The notes below the pieces were generated by a model that saw only the letters and a list, made by a program, of their open reading frames with translations, searched no databases and had not been told where the DNA came from. Below are positions 10,205 to 20,471 of a stretch of 64,000 bases of DNA, piece by piece. Source of the stretch: Phycisphaerae bacterium (GTDB taxonomy: Bacteria; Planctomycetota; Phycisphaerae; UBA1845; Fen-1342). Location: assembly GCA_963675745.2 (NCBI GenBank), contig CAXXWX010000026.1, positions 288,001 to 352,000 on the forward strand, in the 5' to 3' direction. How positions within the stretch are numbered: position 1 is the first letter of the stretch; every line of letters begins with the position of its first letter. Both the position numbers and the translations under genes were made by a program.

Positions 10205-10430
10205 ACCGCCCCTCACGCCCGCAACAAGTCTGCGACCGGCCACAATACGGGGTGGCCCCGGAGGATGTCTTCCCGCGCGATCCATGCATGAGCACCGCGG
10301 CGCCGGCCCCAATCAGCCGGTGTGCCGGTTGGCCGCAGGCTGGACAGGGCTGCTCGGCATCAGCAGACATCGGCAAGAACAACTCGAAACGCTCTCCGCA
10401 CTCAGCGCATTCAAACTCATAGGTCGGCAT
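10179..10430 (-). CDS. FmdB-family zinc-ribbon protein with Cys-rich tail
   Basis: MPTYEFECAECG...CPACG; tail CGRSQTCCGREGRCDSPPC. Confidence 0.85.
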   Translation of the reverse strand: MPTYEFECAECGERFELFLPMSADAEQPCPACGQPAHRLIGAGAAVLMHGSRGKTSSGATPYCGRSQTCCGREGRCDSPPCGE

Positions 10431-11301
10431 GATCTGATTCTCCCGTCGCGACCCGCTCCGCAACCTGTTCGTCAAGCCACTGCCACAGGCTGAGCAGTGC
10501 GGCGCGTGTTTCCGGCGCCGCGCTTACCATCAGTTCACCGCGCGAATATGCCTCGGCTATCCGACGATCGTCGAGGATGGTCTGCAACACCGGAATCGCC
10601 TCTTCGGCGCAATACCGCTCGACGCGATCATCGCCGACGTCGGCGCGGTTGACGACGACGGCGAACGGCAACTCGAGTTGCCGCATCGCTGCCACGGCCA
10701 GCTTCAGATCGTGCAGGCTGAACGGTGTGGGTTCGGTCACCAGGATGACGAAGTCGCAGTCGCGCACCGCCGCTACCACCGGGCAGGCGGTTCCCGGCGG
10801 CGCGTCGATGATCTGCCAATCCACATCTGTGACGGCCGCGCGTACGGCGCGAATCACCGGCGGGCTTTTGGCCTCGCCGATGTTCAGCCGCCCATGATAG
10901 AACTGGAGCCGCCCGGCCGATCCGACCTCAACCGTCCCAACCTCGCGCGGCCGCTCGATGATCGCGTTTCGCGGACAGGCCATGGCGCATGCGCCACAGC
11001 CGTGGCACAGTTCTGGGAAAATGAGCGGCTTCTGTCCAAGCCAGACCAGCGCGCTAAACATGCAGATCGCCCCGCACTCTCCGCACTGGTCACAGGCCTC
11101 CGCGAGCACCTGCGGGATCAACAGATGCACCGGCGTTTTCTCGCGGATCGTCGGACGAAGAAAGAGATGCCCGTTAGGCTCCTCAACGTCGCAGTCGACG
11201 TACGCGACCCGCCGCCCCGCCTCGGCCCCAACCACGGCCAGGTTGGTGGCGAGTGTGGTCTTGCCGGTGCCCCCTTTACCGCTCGCGATGGCCACCTTCA
11301 T
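10417..11301 (-). CDS. Second MinD-superfamily ATPase with inserted ferredoxin (COG1149-like)
   Basis: MKVAIASGKGGTGKT; DCDVEEPNGH; CDQCGECGAIC and CHGCGACAMAC; DAPPGTACPV. Confidence 0.9.
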   Translation of the reverse strand: MKVAIASGKGGTGKTTLATNLAVVGAEAGRRVAYVDCDVEEPNGHLFLRPTIREKTPVHLLIPQVLAEACDQCGECGAICMFSALVWLGQKPLIFPELCHGCGACAMACPRNAIIERPREVGTVEVGSAGRLQFYHGRLNIGEAKSPPVIRAVRAAVTDVDWQIIDAPPGTACPVVAAVRDCDFVILVTEPTPFSLHDLKLAVAAMRQLELPFAVVVNRADVGDDRVERYCAEEAIPVLQTILDDRRIAEAYSRGELMVSAAPETRAALLSLWQWLDEQVAERVATGESDHADL

Positions 11302-11303
11302 AT

Positions 11304-11573
11304 TCACGATCCTTCCGCCGGCGACCGACGCTTCAGACGACGCGCAAGCCACCTCGGCACAAACGTCAGGGCCGCCATCAGCGCTCCGAGCGCCCCCGCG
11401 CCGAACAGCCCGCCGCCACAACCCGATTGTCCGCAAAAGGGACAAACCGACAGCGGCCCGAGCAACACGGAGAAGCTCGCCCACCACTTGATGAAGCGCA
11501 CTATCGGCGTCCGCCAAAACGACCGCCGTGCTGTGCGGTCACTGTGGTCGTCTGGGCACTGCGAGCATGTCAT
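11304..11573 (-). CDS. Small membrane protein with CxxC motifs (hypothetical)
   Basis: MTCSQC...hydrophobic segment-CPFCGQSGC-hydrophobic segment-basic tail. Fits tightly between operon genes. Confidence 0.6.
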   Translation of the reverse strand: MTCSQCPDDHSDRTARRSFWRTPIVRFIKWWASFSVLLGPLSVCPFCGQSGCGGGLFGAGALGALMAALTFVPRWLARRLKRRSPAEGS

Positions 11574-11586
11574 GAACCGCGCCGCA

Positions 11587-12102
11587 TCATCGGCCACCAC
11601 ACCCGCCGCCTCCTCCGCGCCCGCGGCGCATCCCGCCGCCCCCGCCACGTCTACCACGGCCCATGCCACCCCCGCCGCCACGCCCACTTCCGGCGGGCGG
11701 CGGTGTCGGCGGTGCTGCCGCGGCAGCGTCTGTCCCCGGGCCCATACCGTGGTGTCCCGCAACGTTCGGCGATTCGGAAACCTGCATCTGGCCCGCGGCG
11801 AATTGCTCGACCATCTCACGGGCCGTTCCCGAACACCCCGCCACAACACCAATCCCAGCCTCCGTCAACGTCTGGTGCGCGTTCGGCCCGCAGTTGCCGG
11901 TCAGCACGTACTTCACACCATGCTCGGCCAGCAGCCGCGCCGACTGAATACCCGCTCCCTGGCCCAGCGCCTGGTTCGAGTTGTCGATCGCCTCAAAGCT
12001 GAGATCATCCGTCTCGGCAATCAGAAAGAACGGACATCGGCCGAAGCGCGAATCCATTTCGGAGTCGAGCGTCGGCCCGGCAGTGGTGACTGCGATTCTC
12101 AT
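11587..12102 (-). CDS. NifB/NifX-family protein with Gly/Arg-rich tail (orange protein ORP-like)
   Basis: MRIAVT...DSRFGRCPFF...GAGIQSA...LTGNCGPNA; C-terminal GRGGGGGMGRG. Confidence 0.9.
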   Translation of the reverse strand: MRIAVTTAGPTLDSEMDSRFGRCPFFLIAETDDLSFEAIDNSNQALGQGAGIQSARLLAEHGVKYVLTGNCGPNAHQTLTEAGIGVVAGCSGTAREMVEQFAAGQMQVSESPNVAGHHGMGPGTDAAAAAPPTPPPAGSGRGGGGGMGRGRRGGGGGMRRGRGGGGGCGGR

Positions 12103-12171
12103 GCGTCTCCTCGTTTTCCTGTGTCGCGCGGCAAGTGTCGTTGCGCGCGCCGCCACTTCATGCGCGCTACA

Positions 12172-12552
12172 CTACACGCCCGATTTCTCCGCATCCGGAA
12201 TGTTGAGCTCCTCGATTCTCTTGCGCAGTTGCTCGGCACGCTGTTCAAGCCCGCGCAGGTCGGCCTGTAGCAAGCCGAGCTCCTGTTCGCGCGTGAGCGG
12301 GGGCGTTTCAGCAATCGCGGGATAGGACAACGGTGCGCGCCAGCCGCGGCCAACTCCGCCGCGCTGCCAGCCGGTGAGGCCCGTCGCGTAATATGTACGC
12401 CGCCAACCGTGACGGCCGCCGCGGCCACGTCCCATCCCCATACCAGGGATCGGATTCGCGTAGCCGGGCATGTCATAGCCGGCGCAGTAGCCGCCCGCGC
12501 GGCCTGTTCGTGGACCTTGTCCAAGCGGGCCCGTGTGATCACCACCAGGCAT
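12172..12552 (-). CDS. DUF5320-family protein
   Basis: MPGGDHTGPLGQGPRTGRAGGYCAG N-terminus, Gly/Arg-rich middle, C-terminal coiled coil. Confidence 0.85.
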   Translation of the reverse strand: MPGGDHTGPLGQGPRTGRAGGYCAGYDMPGYANPIPGMGMGRGRGGRHGWRRTYYATGLTGWQRGGVGRGWRAPLSYPAIAETPPLTREQELGLLQADLRGLEQRAEQLRKRIEELNIPDAEKSGV

Positions 12553-12624
12553 ATCAGTACTCCTTGTTCAACGTCGTCGTGGCTCGATATCTGTGGTCAT
12601 GCGTCCGGTGCGGCGCTCTGTCGT

Positions 12625-13032
12625 TCATGTTGTATGCGCATCAATATCATGCTGACTCTGCCCACGGTCACACGTACGTCGCTGTTGTCGGCGCCGGCGG
12701 CAACATCCCGGCATGAGGTAGGCCGTCCCTTTGAGTCGACCCGCAAGAAACGCCCCGAGCACTTCGTCCGTCGGGCCACATACTCTTGGGATCAGCCGGA
12801 CCCCCGCATTCACGAGCGCGATTTCAAGCGGACGCGACACGGCCCCGCAGATCAGCACCTGCACCCCAGACTCGCGCACGGCGGCGACGCGCGCGGAGCA
12901 CGTAGCCCCCGCCAGCACTGCCTCATGCCGGGACAACTCGCGCGCGCCTTCAACGTCCACCACCAGCAGACGCCGCGCAACATCCAGCACAGGCGAAACA
13001 CGCTCCTGATGGGCAGCGAGACCAACTCTCAT
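12625..13032 (-). CDS. NifB/NifX-family protein (first gene of the operon)
   Basis: RVSPVLDVA...LICGAVS...MPGCC. Confidence 0.85.
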   Translation of the reverse strand: MRVGLAAHQERVSPVLDVARRLLVVDVEGARELSRHEAVLAGATCSARVAAVRESGVQVLICGAVSRPLEIALVNAGVRLIPRVCGPTDEVLGAFLAGRLKGTAYLMPGCCRRRRQQRRTCDRGQSQHDIDAHTT

Positions 13033-13045
13033 GGACTGCTGGGCT

Positions 13046-13060
13046 GCAAGTGGCGGGCCA
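13046..13060 (-). promoter_or_regulatory. Sigma54 (-24/-12) promoter of the orp-like operon
   Basis: Minus strand reads TGGCCCGCCACTTGC, matching TGGCACG-N4-TTGC with exact spacing, next to a sigma54 activator gene. Confidence 0.8.
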
Positions 13061-13100
13061 ATAGCGATCGAATCTGCACTGAGGAGCGCAAGTCTTTACG

Positions 13101-13113
13101 TATCAAAGTATTA
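13101..13113. promoter_or_regulatory. Putative IHF binding site
   Basis: TATCAAAGTATTA fits WATCAA-N4-TTR and lies between the sigma54 promoter and the UAS pair. Confidence 0.6.
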
Positions 13114-13147
13114 CGCGCGGCCCCCTGAGCATGCCGAGCACGCCAAT

Positions 13148-13196
13148 GCGTGCATTGTGCAATGCCGCCACATCCGCGACGTTGCATTTTGCACGC
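13148..13196. promoter_or_regulatory. Putative enhancer (UAS) pair for the adjacent sigma54 activator
   Basis: GCGTGCATTGTGCAA (13148-13162) and TTGCATTTTGCACGC (13182-13196) are mutually inverted TTGCA-N3-TGCACGC sites with centres 34 bp apart. Confidence 0.65.
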
Positions 13197-13299
13197 TCAT
13201 GTGCGGCGTATGATGGAGCGACATGAGGGAACACGAAACTGATCCGATCCCGGTGGATGGCGGTGGCCACATCGGGTGCGGTTGAGCAATGCACCGCGC

Positions 13300-14661
<1,362 letters not shown>

Positions 14662-14898
14662 TCTCTGTCCTGAAGCAGGCATTTGGCGGCACACGGACGG
14701 AGTGGCCGACCGCCCGGTGTGTGCGCCGTATCCTCAGAGAAGCTGGTGCGGCGCGCCGCACCCTGCCTGGTCTTGCGCTGAGATTCTACGAGAACGCGAG
14801 GGCGTGGGCGAATTGCGGCGTGCCTGGGAGGCCGCCGAATATCGGGCCAACCAGCCGGTCACCGCGGCACGTGGCTCGCTCAGCCGTCAGTGTGATGG

Positions 14899-15558
14899 TC
14901 ACCGGCTCGTATTATAGACCACGGTCCAGCTCTTCTCATCGGGACGCGCGACGTACTGGACGTCTTCGGCAATGCCCCGCAGAGCGCCCCTGAGTTCCGC
15001 TTCCGTCGGGAAGTTCTTGATGATGTCAACGGCCCGCCCGTCAGGCAGCGGCCGGCGTTCGAGCGTGTTGCCGTCGGAATCCTGACTTCTGATATGGCCC
15101 GCATAGGGCAACTGGTCGACAAACATGACAACCGCCCCCGGCACGAGCCTGCTGTGCAAGGCGGTAAGAAAGGTGGACACGTGATCTTTGGGCATGTGCG
15201 ACCACCACCAGACCCCGAGCGCCGCCGTAAAGCCCGTAGCGACACCTTCGAGCGTGTACGCGTCGGCGGTTTGAAATCTGATGTTGGGCAGACGCCGGCA
15301 TCTGCCTTGTGCTATCGACAGCAGTGATCCGTTGATGTCGACGCCGGTGACCGCGCGGGCCGTTTCGCCAACGACCTCAGTCCAGTACCCCGTGCCGCAG
15401 GCCACCTCCAGCACATCCCGTCCCGCAAACAGCTTGCGGTACCTGGCCTTGATGGGTTCACGAAGCTGCTCGGCAACCGGGTCCGTGTACCCCGCGGTCT
15501 CGTCGTAGACCGGGGCCCGGTCGGCGTAATACCGCGCTACTTCGTCCACGTGCGACAT
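14899..15558 (-). CDS. Class I SAM-dependent methyltransferase
   Basis: YYADRAPVYD; VLEVACGTGYWT; WWSH. Confidence 0.85.
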   Translation of the reverse strand: MSHVDEVARYYADRAPVYDETAGYTDPVAEQLREPIKARYRKLFAGRDVLEVACGTGYWTEVVGETARAVTGVDINGSLLSIAQGRCRRLPNIRFQTADAYTLEGVATGFTAALGVWWWSHMPKDHVSTFLTALHSRLVPGAVVMFVDQLPYAGHIRSQDSDGNTLERRPLPDGRAVDIIKNFPTEAELRGALRGIAEDVQYVARPDEKSWTVVYNTSR

Positions 15559-15630
15559 CCGCGCCTCACCAATGGCCCTCGCCGCGTCCCGTGACCGCCA
15601 CTTTAGAAGACCGGTGCGGCGGGCCACATC

Positions 15631-17481
15631 CTACTTTGTCAACCGGGTAAGCTGCTCCAGGCTCAGCTCCATCACGGCGACGGCGTGCTTCAGGCCGTAG
15701 CTTTCGAGCACTTCCGGGTGCACCTCGCCCATCAGGCCGATTTGCCGGCCGGCCTTGTCAAGCAACGCCGCGCAGCGACCGGGTATGAAGCCGTTGTGTT
15801 CGAGCGGTCGCACATCGCAAGCCGTGTGCAGCTCGTGAATGAACGCATCGGCCACCGCGCGGATATCCGCATAACCAACGTGTGTGCCGATCAGGGCGAC
15901 GGCGGCAAACCGCTCCTCGCGCGCCCCGGTCTCGACAGCGGCATCGACAAAACAGCAATCGCCGACCTCGAAGAGATGTTGCGGCAGGTCGTGCTGCTTA
16001 TTGATCGCGAAAGTCTCCAGCAAACCGGGCAGCAGGCTCACGCGACACATGGTCTGTTCGACGCTGATCGGGTTTTCAATAATCACCCTGTCCGGGTGTG
16101 GTTCGATGCGCCACTTCTCGAATGCCGCCGCTTCGCTGGTCAGGACGAGCGTCATGACCTGGTGAATGCCGAGGCCAATGAGTACCTGCCGGGCCGACGC
16201 GGCGCTCTCTTCGATCTCGCGCGCGGTGCCGACCGTGAATGTGCGCACGAGCTCGGGCGTGAGGTTGTCGTAGCCGTAGGCGATGGCAACGTCTTCGATA
16301 AGGTCCACGGGGTGCATGACATCGTTGCGGTATGACGGCACCTGCACGGTCAGCTCCGTCTCCGAGGCGTGTGCCACGCCGTGCCCCATGCGCTCCAGCA
16401 ACTCGCCCAGCCGCGCCGCGTCGAGCTCGACGCCGATCGTCTCGGCCGCATTGCCGACATTCAGCTTCATCTCGACCGGCGACAGGTTGGGCGTGACACA
16501 CGGCCCGTCGGGATACTCGATCGTCACCTGTTCGATCACGATCTCGGGCACCAGCTCTTTCATGCTCGTAACCAGCACATTCAAAGCGCGCTCGGCGGTA
16601 CGCCGCGACAAGCCGGTTACGTCACAGAAAAGCTGCCGGCTCTCCATCGTGACGCGCGTCGCTTCGCTGTTGATGATCGGCGGCATCGACAACACAGTGC
16701 CCTCGCTGTCGCGCAGCAGCGGATATGCCTTCAAGTGGTTGAGCAAATGAGCATACGCCTGGCCGGTCTTGTGCCTTTCGAGGATCTCACGCGGCGTCAG
16801 CGCGGAATCAGGATCATCCGGCGAGAACCCAAGCGGGACAAAGCGTAACGCATCGGGGCCGACTGCGTCGTAGTGAAACGCCGTCCCGCTGAGCTTGTCG
16901 AGATCATAAACGCCGATCGAGGCGAGCTTGCGATCGCGCCCCAGCGCCCAGTGCAGATCCTCCTGGAGGTTCATGAGGATCTTGATCAGATCGTGTGTCA
17001 GCTTCACGTTGCGCATCACGGCACACGCGATGTACGGGCGCCGGCTCGCATCATCAGACAGCTTCGGGTCGACCTTGACGCTGATGGTCGGAGGGGACAA
17101 GGCGTAGTCGCGCAGCCCCGGCTCAATCCCCAGATAGCCGCGGATCATGCGCCCCATGCCGCCGGGATCGAAAATGTCCGGCCGCACGGCGAGCATATCG
17201 AGACGCACGGCCCGGCTCGGCCCGAGACCGGTGAGCGCCTTTACGTTCTCGCGAAAATCGGTGCCGCACGAGCTGCACGTAAGCGGCGCGCCTTGGGCCT
17301 CGGTGCGGTCACACGCCTTGCCGCAGACTTTGCAGACATACTGCTCAGTCTCGGCGATCTCCTCGACCTCGCAGCCAAGCTTGATCAGCTTGTCGGGCAG
17401 ATCATTCTCAGCAAGCGGCCGCGCCACCCCGGCGTTAACCTGGGCCATCAACGTTTGAATCGGCATGTCGATTATCGGCAT
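15631..17481 (-). CDS. pheT: Phenylalanyl-tRNA synthetase beta subunit, archaeal/eukaryotic type, with Zn-ribbon-like insert
   Basis: RPYIACAV; LQEDLH...GRDRK; SMPPIINS; YRNDVMHPVDLIEDVAIAYGY; GEVHPEVL. About 616 aa, with no OB-fold B2 or anticodon B8 domain apparent. Confidence 0.95.
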   Translation of the reverse strand: MPIIDMPIQTLMAQVNAGVARPLAENDLPDKLIKLGCEVEEIAETEQYVCKVCGKACDRTEAQGAPLTCSSCGTDFRENVKALTGLGPSRAVRLDMLAVRPDIFDPGGMGRMIRGYLGIEPGLRDYALSPPTISVKVDPKLSDDASRRPYIACAVMRNVKLTHDLIKILMNLQEDLHWALGRDRKLASIGVYDLDKLSGTAFHYDAVGPDALRFVPLGFSPDDPDSALTPREILERHKTGQAYAHLLNHLKAYPLLRDSEGTVLSMPPIINSEATRVTMESRQLFCDVTGLSRRTAERALNVLVTSMKELVPEIVIEQVTIEYPDGPCVTPNLSPVEMKLNVGNAAETIGVELDAARLGELLERMGHGVAHASETELTVQVPSYRNDVMHPVDLIEDVAIAYGYDNLTPELVRTFTVGTAREIEESAASARQVLIGLGIHQVMTLVLTSEAAAFEKWRIEPHPDRVIIENPISVEQTMCRVSLLPGLLETFAINKQHDLPQHLFEVGDCCFVDAAVETGAREERFAAVALIGTHVGYADIRAVADAFIHELHTACDVRPLEHNGFIPGRCAALLDKAGRQIGLMGEVHPEVLESYGLKHAVAVMELSLEQLTRLTK

Positions 17482-19001
17482 AGCGGCGTCTCCCGCAGCC
17501 ATGGCATGTGGGCGAAGAACAGGTCGTTCAGCGACTTCACGTCATAAAGCAGCATCGCCAGCCGGTCGAGGCCCAGGCCCCAGGCCAGCACGCGGTCGGT
17601 GACGCCCATCGGCAGCGTCACTTCCGGCCGGAAGATGCCCGAGCCGCCCATCTCGACCCACGAACCGCGGCTTTCCATGGACAGATGCACCTCGGCCGAC
17701 GGCTCGGTATAGGGGAAGAAGCTCGGCGTGACATGCACTTTGGAGAAACCCATCTTCTGGTAAAACGCCGACAGCGTACCGATCAGCGTCGCCAGGCTCG
17801 CATGCTTGTCCACGATGATGCCGTCCACCTGGTGGAAAACCGGCAGGTGCTTGTAGTCCACCGTTTCGCGGCGGAAAACCGGGCCGATGATGAAATACTT
17901 GCCGGGTTGGCCCTGCGTGTGCTTGGCCAGCGCGCGAATCGTGGCGGCCGTCGTGTGCGTACGCAGGACCGGCTTGTGGGCGCGCTCGTGATCCCAGCGA
18001 TACTGCCAGCCGGTCGAACCCGTGCCGCCGCCATCTTCATGCGTCGCCTTGACGCGCTCGACGAGTTCGTCGTCGGGCAGCCGGCAACGGTCGGGTTTGG
18101 CGACATAGAACGTGTCCTGCATGTCGCGGGCCGGGTGGTCCTGCGGTTGAAACAGCGCGTCAAAATCCCAGAAGCTCGACTCGACCCACGGGCTGACGAT
18201 CTCGGTGAAGCCCATCTCGAAGAAAACACGCCGCACCTGGTCCAGCGTGCGCTGAAATGGGTGCAGTTTGCCGGGATAGCGTTTCTTGGCGGCCAGCGTG
18301 ACATCGTATGGCCGCAGATCAACGTTGCGCCAGCCGCCGTCGGCCAGCAGCTCGGGGCTCAGGCGCGTAACCGACTCACGGCCTTCGGCGCCCGCGCTGA
18401 GCAGCTCGCGGCCGGCGTCCGTGATTGTGACAAAGCGGTTGGTCCGCTCCTTGATGACCAGAAAGCCCTTGCGCTTCGCCAGCAGCTTGATGGCGGCGGG
18501 CACATCTATGCCCTCCGCGGCCAGCTCATCCTGCCGGGCGACGCGTTCGCCGGCCAGCGCCCGGATCAGCGCCTCGTCGGGTTCGGTGCCGTCGAGCCCG
18601 GCCTTGCCGCCGTCGAGCAGAACCAGCGTGTCCTTGTCCTTCCTGGCCCAGCCGCGTTGGCCCAACCAGCGCAGCGACTGCCCCACGTCGCCGGCGGTCA
18701 GGTCACAATGGTTCGGAACATCCGTGACCTTGCAGGAGCCCCCCTGCTCGTCCAGCACGCCGAGCACCACGCGTTCCGGCAGCGGCTGGTCCACAAACGG
18801 CTGCGCCGCCGGCCCCAGACGCAGCTCGGCGAAGGCCTGCTCATCAACACTCACAAACGCCTGTTCCTGCAACATCGTGACGGCGGCGGCGACCTGCGCC
18901 TGATCGGTGGCCAGCCCCGCAGCCAGCGCGGGAATCAACACCGGCTCGGCGGCATCGTGAAGATGCGAGAGCACATCAAACTGTATCTGCGGCAACTGCA
19001 T
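17472..19001 (-). CDS. pheS: Phenylalanyl-tRNA synthetase alpha subunit, archaeal/eukaryotic type
   Basis: GKLHPF; FDALFQPQDHPARDMQDTF; LRTHTT; FHQVDG; FFPYTEPS; GIFRPE; WGLGLDR; long N-terminal extension (~509 aa total). Confidence 0.95.
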   Translation of the reverse strand: MQLPQIQFDVLSHLHDAAEPVLIPALAAGLATDQAQVAAAVTMLQEQAFVSVDEQAFAELRLGPAAQPFVDQPLPERVVLGVLDEQGGSCKVTDVPNHCDLTAGDVGQSLRWLGQRGWARKDKDTLVLLDGGKAGLDGTEPDEALIRALAGERVARQDELAAEGIDVPAAIKLLAKRKGFLVIKERTNRFVTITDAGRELLSAGAEGRESVTRLSPELLADGGWRNVDLRPYDVTLAAKKRYPGKLHPFQRTLDQVRRVFFEMGFTEIVSPWVESSFWDFDALFQPQDHPARDMQDTFYVAKPDRCRLPDDELVERVKATHEDGGGTGSTGWQYRWDHERAHKPVLRTHTTAATIRALAKHTQGQPGKYFIIGPVFRRETVDYKHLPVFHQVDGIIVDKHASLATLIGTLSAFYQKMGFSKVHVTPSFFPYTEPSAEVHLSMESRGSWVEMGGSGIFRPEVTLPMGVTDRVLAWGLGLDRLAMLLYDVKSLNDLFFAHMPWLRETPLCR

Positions 19002-19380
19002 CGCATGCGCCTCCAGTGGTCCGTGAGCGGCTGGTGTAGCGGATCGCGCGCGTGCGCTCAAGCGCCAACAACCTGGAATCCGCCACCGGGTCGTGAGCGA
19101 GCCCGAAAATACCTGCCAGACTCCGTTCGTCGGCGACCTATTAGCAAAACTTGAGAAACATTCTCACACCAGGTTCTTATAAGAAATGACCCGTGATTAC
19201 GCCAACCGTGCATCCGGCAAAAATGCCCGCGCAGCCCCGGTTTCCCCGGGTTTCTGACGCATCGACGGCGACGCCGCGACGCGCCTAGAATGGGGTGAAG
19301 TGCCCATCCACGAGGGCCTTCAGTGAGCGGCCACAGTCGCCGCTCACCAACCGCGTGGCGCACCGTGGAGGAGTGGAAAG

Positions 19381-19674
19381 ATGGACGAAGCGACATTCCA
19401 GAAAAAGCTGGCCGAGCTCGTGCAGGAAATCGAGTCGCTGCCGGATGGGGAACGCGACCGACTTCGGCAACTCGCCGCCGAAACCAAGCAACGTCACGAG
19501 CAGATCAAGAAAAGCATGAGCGGCCTGCAGGAGAGCATCGACTTCCTGCGTCTGAGCATCAAGTATCTGCTGTTCGACCTTGAGGCCACCCGGCGTGAAA
19601 ACGGCTACCTGCGCAAGATGCTCGAACAGGATCCCGGCAACAACAACGAAGGCAAGGACAAACGCGAAACCTGA
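19381..19674 (+). CDS. Small coiled-coil protein (resembles a conserved planctomycete family)
   Basis: GGAG-rich RBS; LRLSIKYLLFDLEATRRENGYLRKML; followed by a terminator. Confidence 0.8.
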   Translation: MDEATFQKKLAELVQEIESLPDGERDRLRQLAAETKQRHEQIKKSMSGLQESIDFLRLSIKYLLFDLEATRRENGYLRKMLEQDPGNNNEGKDKRET

Positions 19675-19749
19675 CGGACCCTCCCTGCATCGGGCTGGCG
19701 CGGCATCAAGGAAACGCCGCGCTGTCTGACCCACAACCCCGATGGCTGC

Positions 19750-19787
19750 CGAGCCCGAGCATGTGCTCCTCGGGCTCGTTTTTTTTT
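19750..19787 (+). terminator. Rho-independent terminator
   Basis: CGAGCCCGAG-loop-CTCGGGCTCG followed by 9 T. Confidence 0.9.
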
Positions 19788-19904
19788 GAATGCAGAATGC
19801 AGAATGCAGAATGCTGAATGCGGAATGCCGACCGCTGATCGCTGACCTCTGACCTCTAACCTCTAACCTCTAACCTCTAACCTCTAACCTCCGACCGCTG
19901 ATCA
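19788..19904. repeat. Two adjacent heptamer tandem arrays
   Basis: GAATGCN x6 (19788-19829), then CTRACCT x7 (19842-19890) bracketed by the direct repeat CCGACCGCTGATC. Confidence 0.9.
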
Positions 19905-20339
19905 GCGATCGATCGGTGGGTCCGGCTCGCCGGCGCCTGTTTCCCGCTCCCCACCGTCTGACGTCGATTCCGCCATCCAGTCCACACGCGGCGCGTCACC
20001 CCACAAGCCCGCCAGGTCGTAGAACTCGCGGTGTGCCTCGTCAAACAGATGCACCACCACGTCGACGTAGTCGGCCAGCACCCACTTCCCTTCACGCGTG
20101 CCGGCGGTCTTGAACGGCGAGCGGTTCTGCGTGCGGGCGTGCGCCTTCGTCAGATCCGCAACGGCGTCCATCTGGCGGTCGGACGTGCCGGTTCCGATCA
20201 CGAAAAAGTCCGCGATGGCGCTCAGGCCACGCAGATCGAGAACCTCAACGTTTTCCGTCTTGTTGTCGGTGGCAATGCGCGCAATCTGGATCGCAAACGC
20301 CCTCGCATCGGCCGCCTTGGATTGTGCTTCGGGTGGCAT
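19902..20339 (-). CDS. rsfS: Ribosome silencing factor RsfS (Iojap)
   Basis: VLDLRGLSAIADFFVIGTGTSDRQM; WVLADYVDVVVHLF; REFYDLAGLWGDAP. Start could be 20363. Confidence 0.95.
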   Translation of the reverse strand: MPPEAQSKAADARAFAIQIARIATDNKTENVEVLDLRGLSAIADFFVIGTGTSDRQMDAVADLTKAHARTQNRSPFKTAGTREGKWVLADYVDVVVHLFDEAHREFYDLAGLWGDAPRVDWMAESTSDGGERETGAGEPDPPIDR

Positions 20340-20391
20340 GGAACGGCCTTCGGTTGGAACCATTGCTTGAGTATACGCCCCTGCGGCCAGA

Positions 20392-20430
20392 TTAAAACCG
20401 GCCGGCGCCGACATTCATCGGCGCCGGCCG
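20392..20430 (-). terminator. Probable terminator downstream of hppA
   Basis: 13-bp stem CGGCCGGCGCCGA/TCGGCGCCGGCCG, followed on the minus strand by GTTTTAAT. Confidence 0.65.
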
Positions 20431-20471
20431 CATAGCTGTCAACACACCATGCCCGCTAATGCGATGGATGG

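Noticed and set aside
11560..11590. Selenocysteine readthrough at the TGA of the ORP-like gene (R-TGA-C-G)
   Set aside because: It follows a low-complexity tail, I saw no convincing SECIS, and the next gene starts 14 bp later.
10678..12270. 530-aa plus-strand ORF
   Set aside because: Antisense shadow of well-supported minus-strand operon genes; low-complexity translation.
7758..13032. Nitrogen fixation (nif) cluster
   Set aside because: NifB/NifX-like domains only. The ATPases are COG1149-like rather than NifH, and nifDK are absent from the window.
17508..19154. 548-aa plus-strand ORF
   Set aside because: Antisense to pheS; a typical high-GC shadow ORF.
19062..19380. T-box or pheM-type attenuator upstream of pheS
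   Set aside because: No T-box consensus or Phe-rich leader peptide seen; looks like a divergent promoter region.
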